Source of the DNA: Azolla caroliniana
Taxonomy: Eukaryota; Plantae; Polypodiophyta
DNA length: 64,000 nt
Assembly: GCA_043228905.1 (NCBI GenBank)
Contig: JBHGNT010000001.1
Span: 10,106,001-10,170,000 of the forward strand
Direction of reading: 5' to 3'
The notes under the pieces are model-generated. The model worked only from the letters and a program-made list of their open reading frames with translations, did no database searches and was not told where the DNA came from. This document shows positions 62,301-64,000 of the stretch, one piece after another. The position numbers were made by a program, and so were the translations under genes. The stretch's first letter is position 1, and each line of letters starts with the position of its first letter.

Positions 62301-63319
62301 TAAAACTTTGTTGATTTGGAGGATCACCGCAAACTCATGCGTGCAAAAGGGGGGGGGGGGTGGGCAACACAATGTCTCAATGGACTTTTTGTGGTCGGGA
62401 GATGATTGATTGTCATGACTCATGAGTGTTGGTTCCAAAGAAAATTGTAGAGTTATATGTGCTTATCCCTTTTGTTAGAGATACATTCTAATGTAAGCAA
62501 AAAATAAGATGGGCATTTGTGTCAAATTTTAAGACAAGATAGATACATGTTCCGAACGATGGTTTTATGGATGGCATTTGTAGAGTGTGGGATGTTGTTA
62601 AGTTGTTTTTTATCCATAGATGCCAATCTTCGAATGAAGAGCTGTTGTGGCAACCTTTGTTTTGTAGTTTTATTTTTTCTAATGACAAGGGTGTTTTGCT
62701 TGGAAGTAGATCGCGGTGCAGTTACATTGGGCTCAATTGGATAATGGTATCGCTATTATGATAGCCTCTTGGGGAAATTATGTTTGTCATCTTCATAATT
62801 CTTAGCTTGATGCTTCCATGTGTAGGGGTTTTAGATCTTATGTTCGATGCAATTTAGTTATCTTTAGGGAATTTTGTCTCTAATTGGTCACCTTCTTTTG
62901 TGCATGTTTGGTTTGGATACTTTACTCCGTTTGGTGTTATTATAGGAGTAAAAGGAACAACATCTCAAGGAGATTGTTATTATTTTGATGTATTTGAGGA
63001 AGGACATTATATCAAGCTGGTGTTGAATCTTCGATTTGGCAAACGACATTGCAACAGCCGGTAAGAGTGGTTGGTAAGTCATGTTTAAGTTTAATTTTAG
63101 ATCCTTCTCCTTCTGATAGTATGTTATTTTGCCAACTATGGGTATTTAAAAAATAATCGTTCTGTGGACCTGTATTGGGATCCATCATATTATCTTTGGA
63201 ACCATCCATATTCTTCGTCTCAAACTTCATTTATTCAAAATTTCCATTATTCTATGAAGTTGGGATGAATGTTGCTCTTAAGTAAGAAATTGCATCCACC
63301 ATCCGCTATGAAAGTGTGA

Positions 63320-63817
63320 TTGGCAAATGGAACCTCTTTAATGGATGCATCTAAATATTGGAAGTGGTTATGGAGTATGCAGATTCCTAAGAATATTGTA
63401 CTTTTTCTCCGGTTATTGATGCATTATGCATTACCGGTTCGGGCATGGTTATGGCAAATACATTGTAAATCGTGTGGATTTGGTTGTGGTTGTATGATGG
63501 AATCAATTAGGCATGTGTTGTGGTCTTGTCCTAAAAGTACGCAAGTATGAAATGGAGTTTTAAGGTTCCTGGTATTGATACATGCTAATTGTGTGATCAC
63601 TTGGGGTGCTGTTAGGTGGGGCATTCTAGATGGACAATTGTTGTTGTATGAAAAGGAGGACAAGGAGGATATAATGGAAGCCTTTCACATAGTTCCTCCT
63701 CATGTACAAATGGCTCAGCCTTTTCTGTTTGACAAGGTGCAAATTAGGGATGATATTATTTGGAAGACAAATTCATCTATTCTGATGTGGGTGATTTGGA
63801 AGACCCGATGTACATAA
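63320..63817 (+). pseudogene. Degenerate L1 ORF2 3' end (zf-RVT region)
   Basis: WKWLWSMQIP...CKSC...MESIRHVLWSCPKS, ITWGAVRWG and MWVIWKTRC resemble the C-terminus of the L1 at 20157-20903. Confidence 0.7.
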
Positions 63818-64000
63818 GTTTTTGACAATGTCACTCACGATGCTTCTGTTATAATTGCTGAATTCTAGTAACTTGTTGCTTATTCATTCATTACATGGCC
63901 AATATAAAAGTTTTATAGGTAATGTTGATGCTATATTCAGGAAGCAAATGCATTAAAAAAGGTTATGGGATTCAATGCTTGTTTTTAGGAAAGATGGAGA

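Overview
Eukaryotic land-plant genomic DNA; a fern or other non-seed plant is plausible from the transposon types, but that is inference. About 1-47 kb is a nest of transposable elements. These include several copies of a Ty3/gypsy family with 4-bp TSDs, two Ty1/copia elements, a full-length L1 LINE with a 17-bp TSD, an RTE-X-like LINE remnant and several solo LTRs. About 48-58 kb holds two intact host genes on the minus strand: a cytosolic alkaline/neutral invertase and an RHM-type UDP-L-rhamnose synthase. The standout feature is a complete TIR DNA transposon at 21058-37134, with 36-bp TIRs and a GATA 4-bp TSD; it is about 9.1 kb once a nested gypsy element is removed. It encodes an intact 926-aa Sola-like DDD transposase. 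Divergently, it carries a six-exon gene that splices in frame to a ~916-aa protein fusing a ParB/Srx-like domain to a bacterial-type beta-class amino (N6-A/N4-C) DNA methyltransferase. Intron 1 of that gene holds five perfect 25-bp palindromes at an exact 51-bp period, which may be parS-like binding sites. Also notable are a conserved -1 frameshift signal with a pseudoknot between PR and RT in the gypsy family, and tRNA-like Pol III boxes inside two unrelated LTRs.
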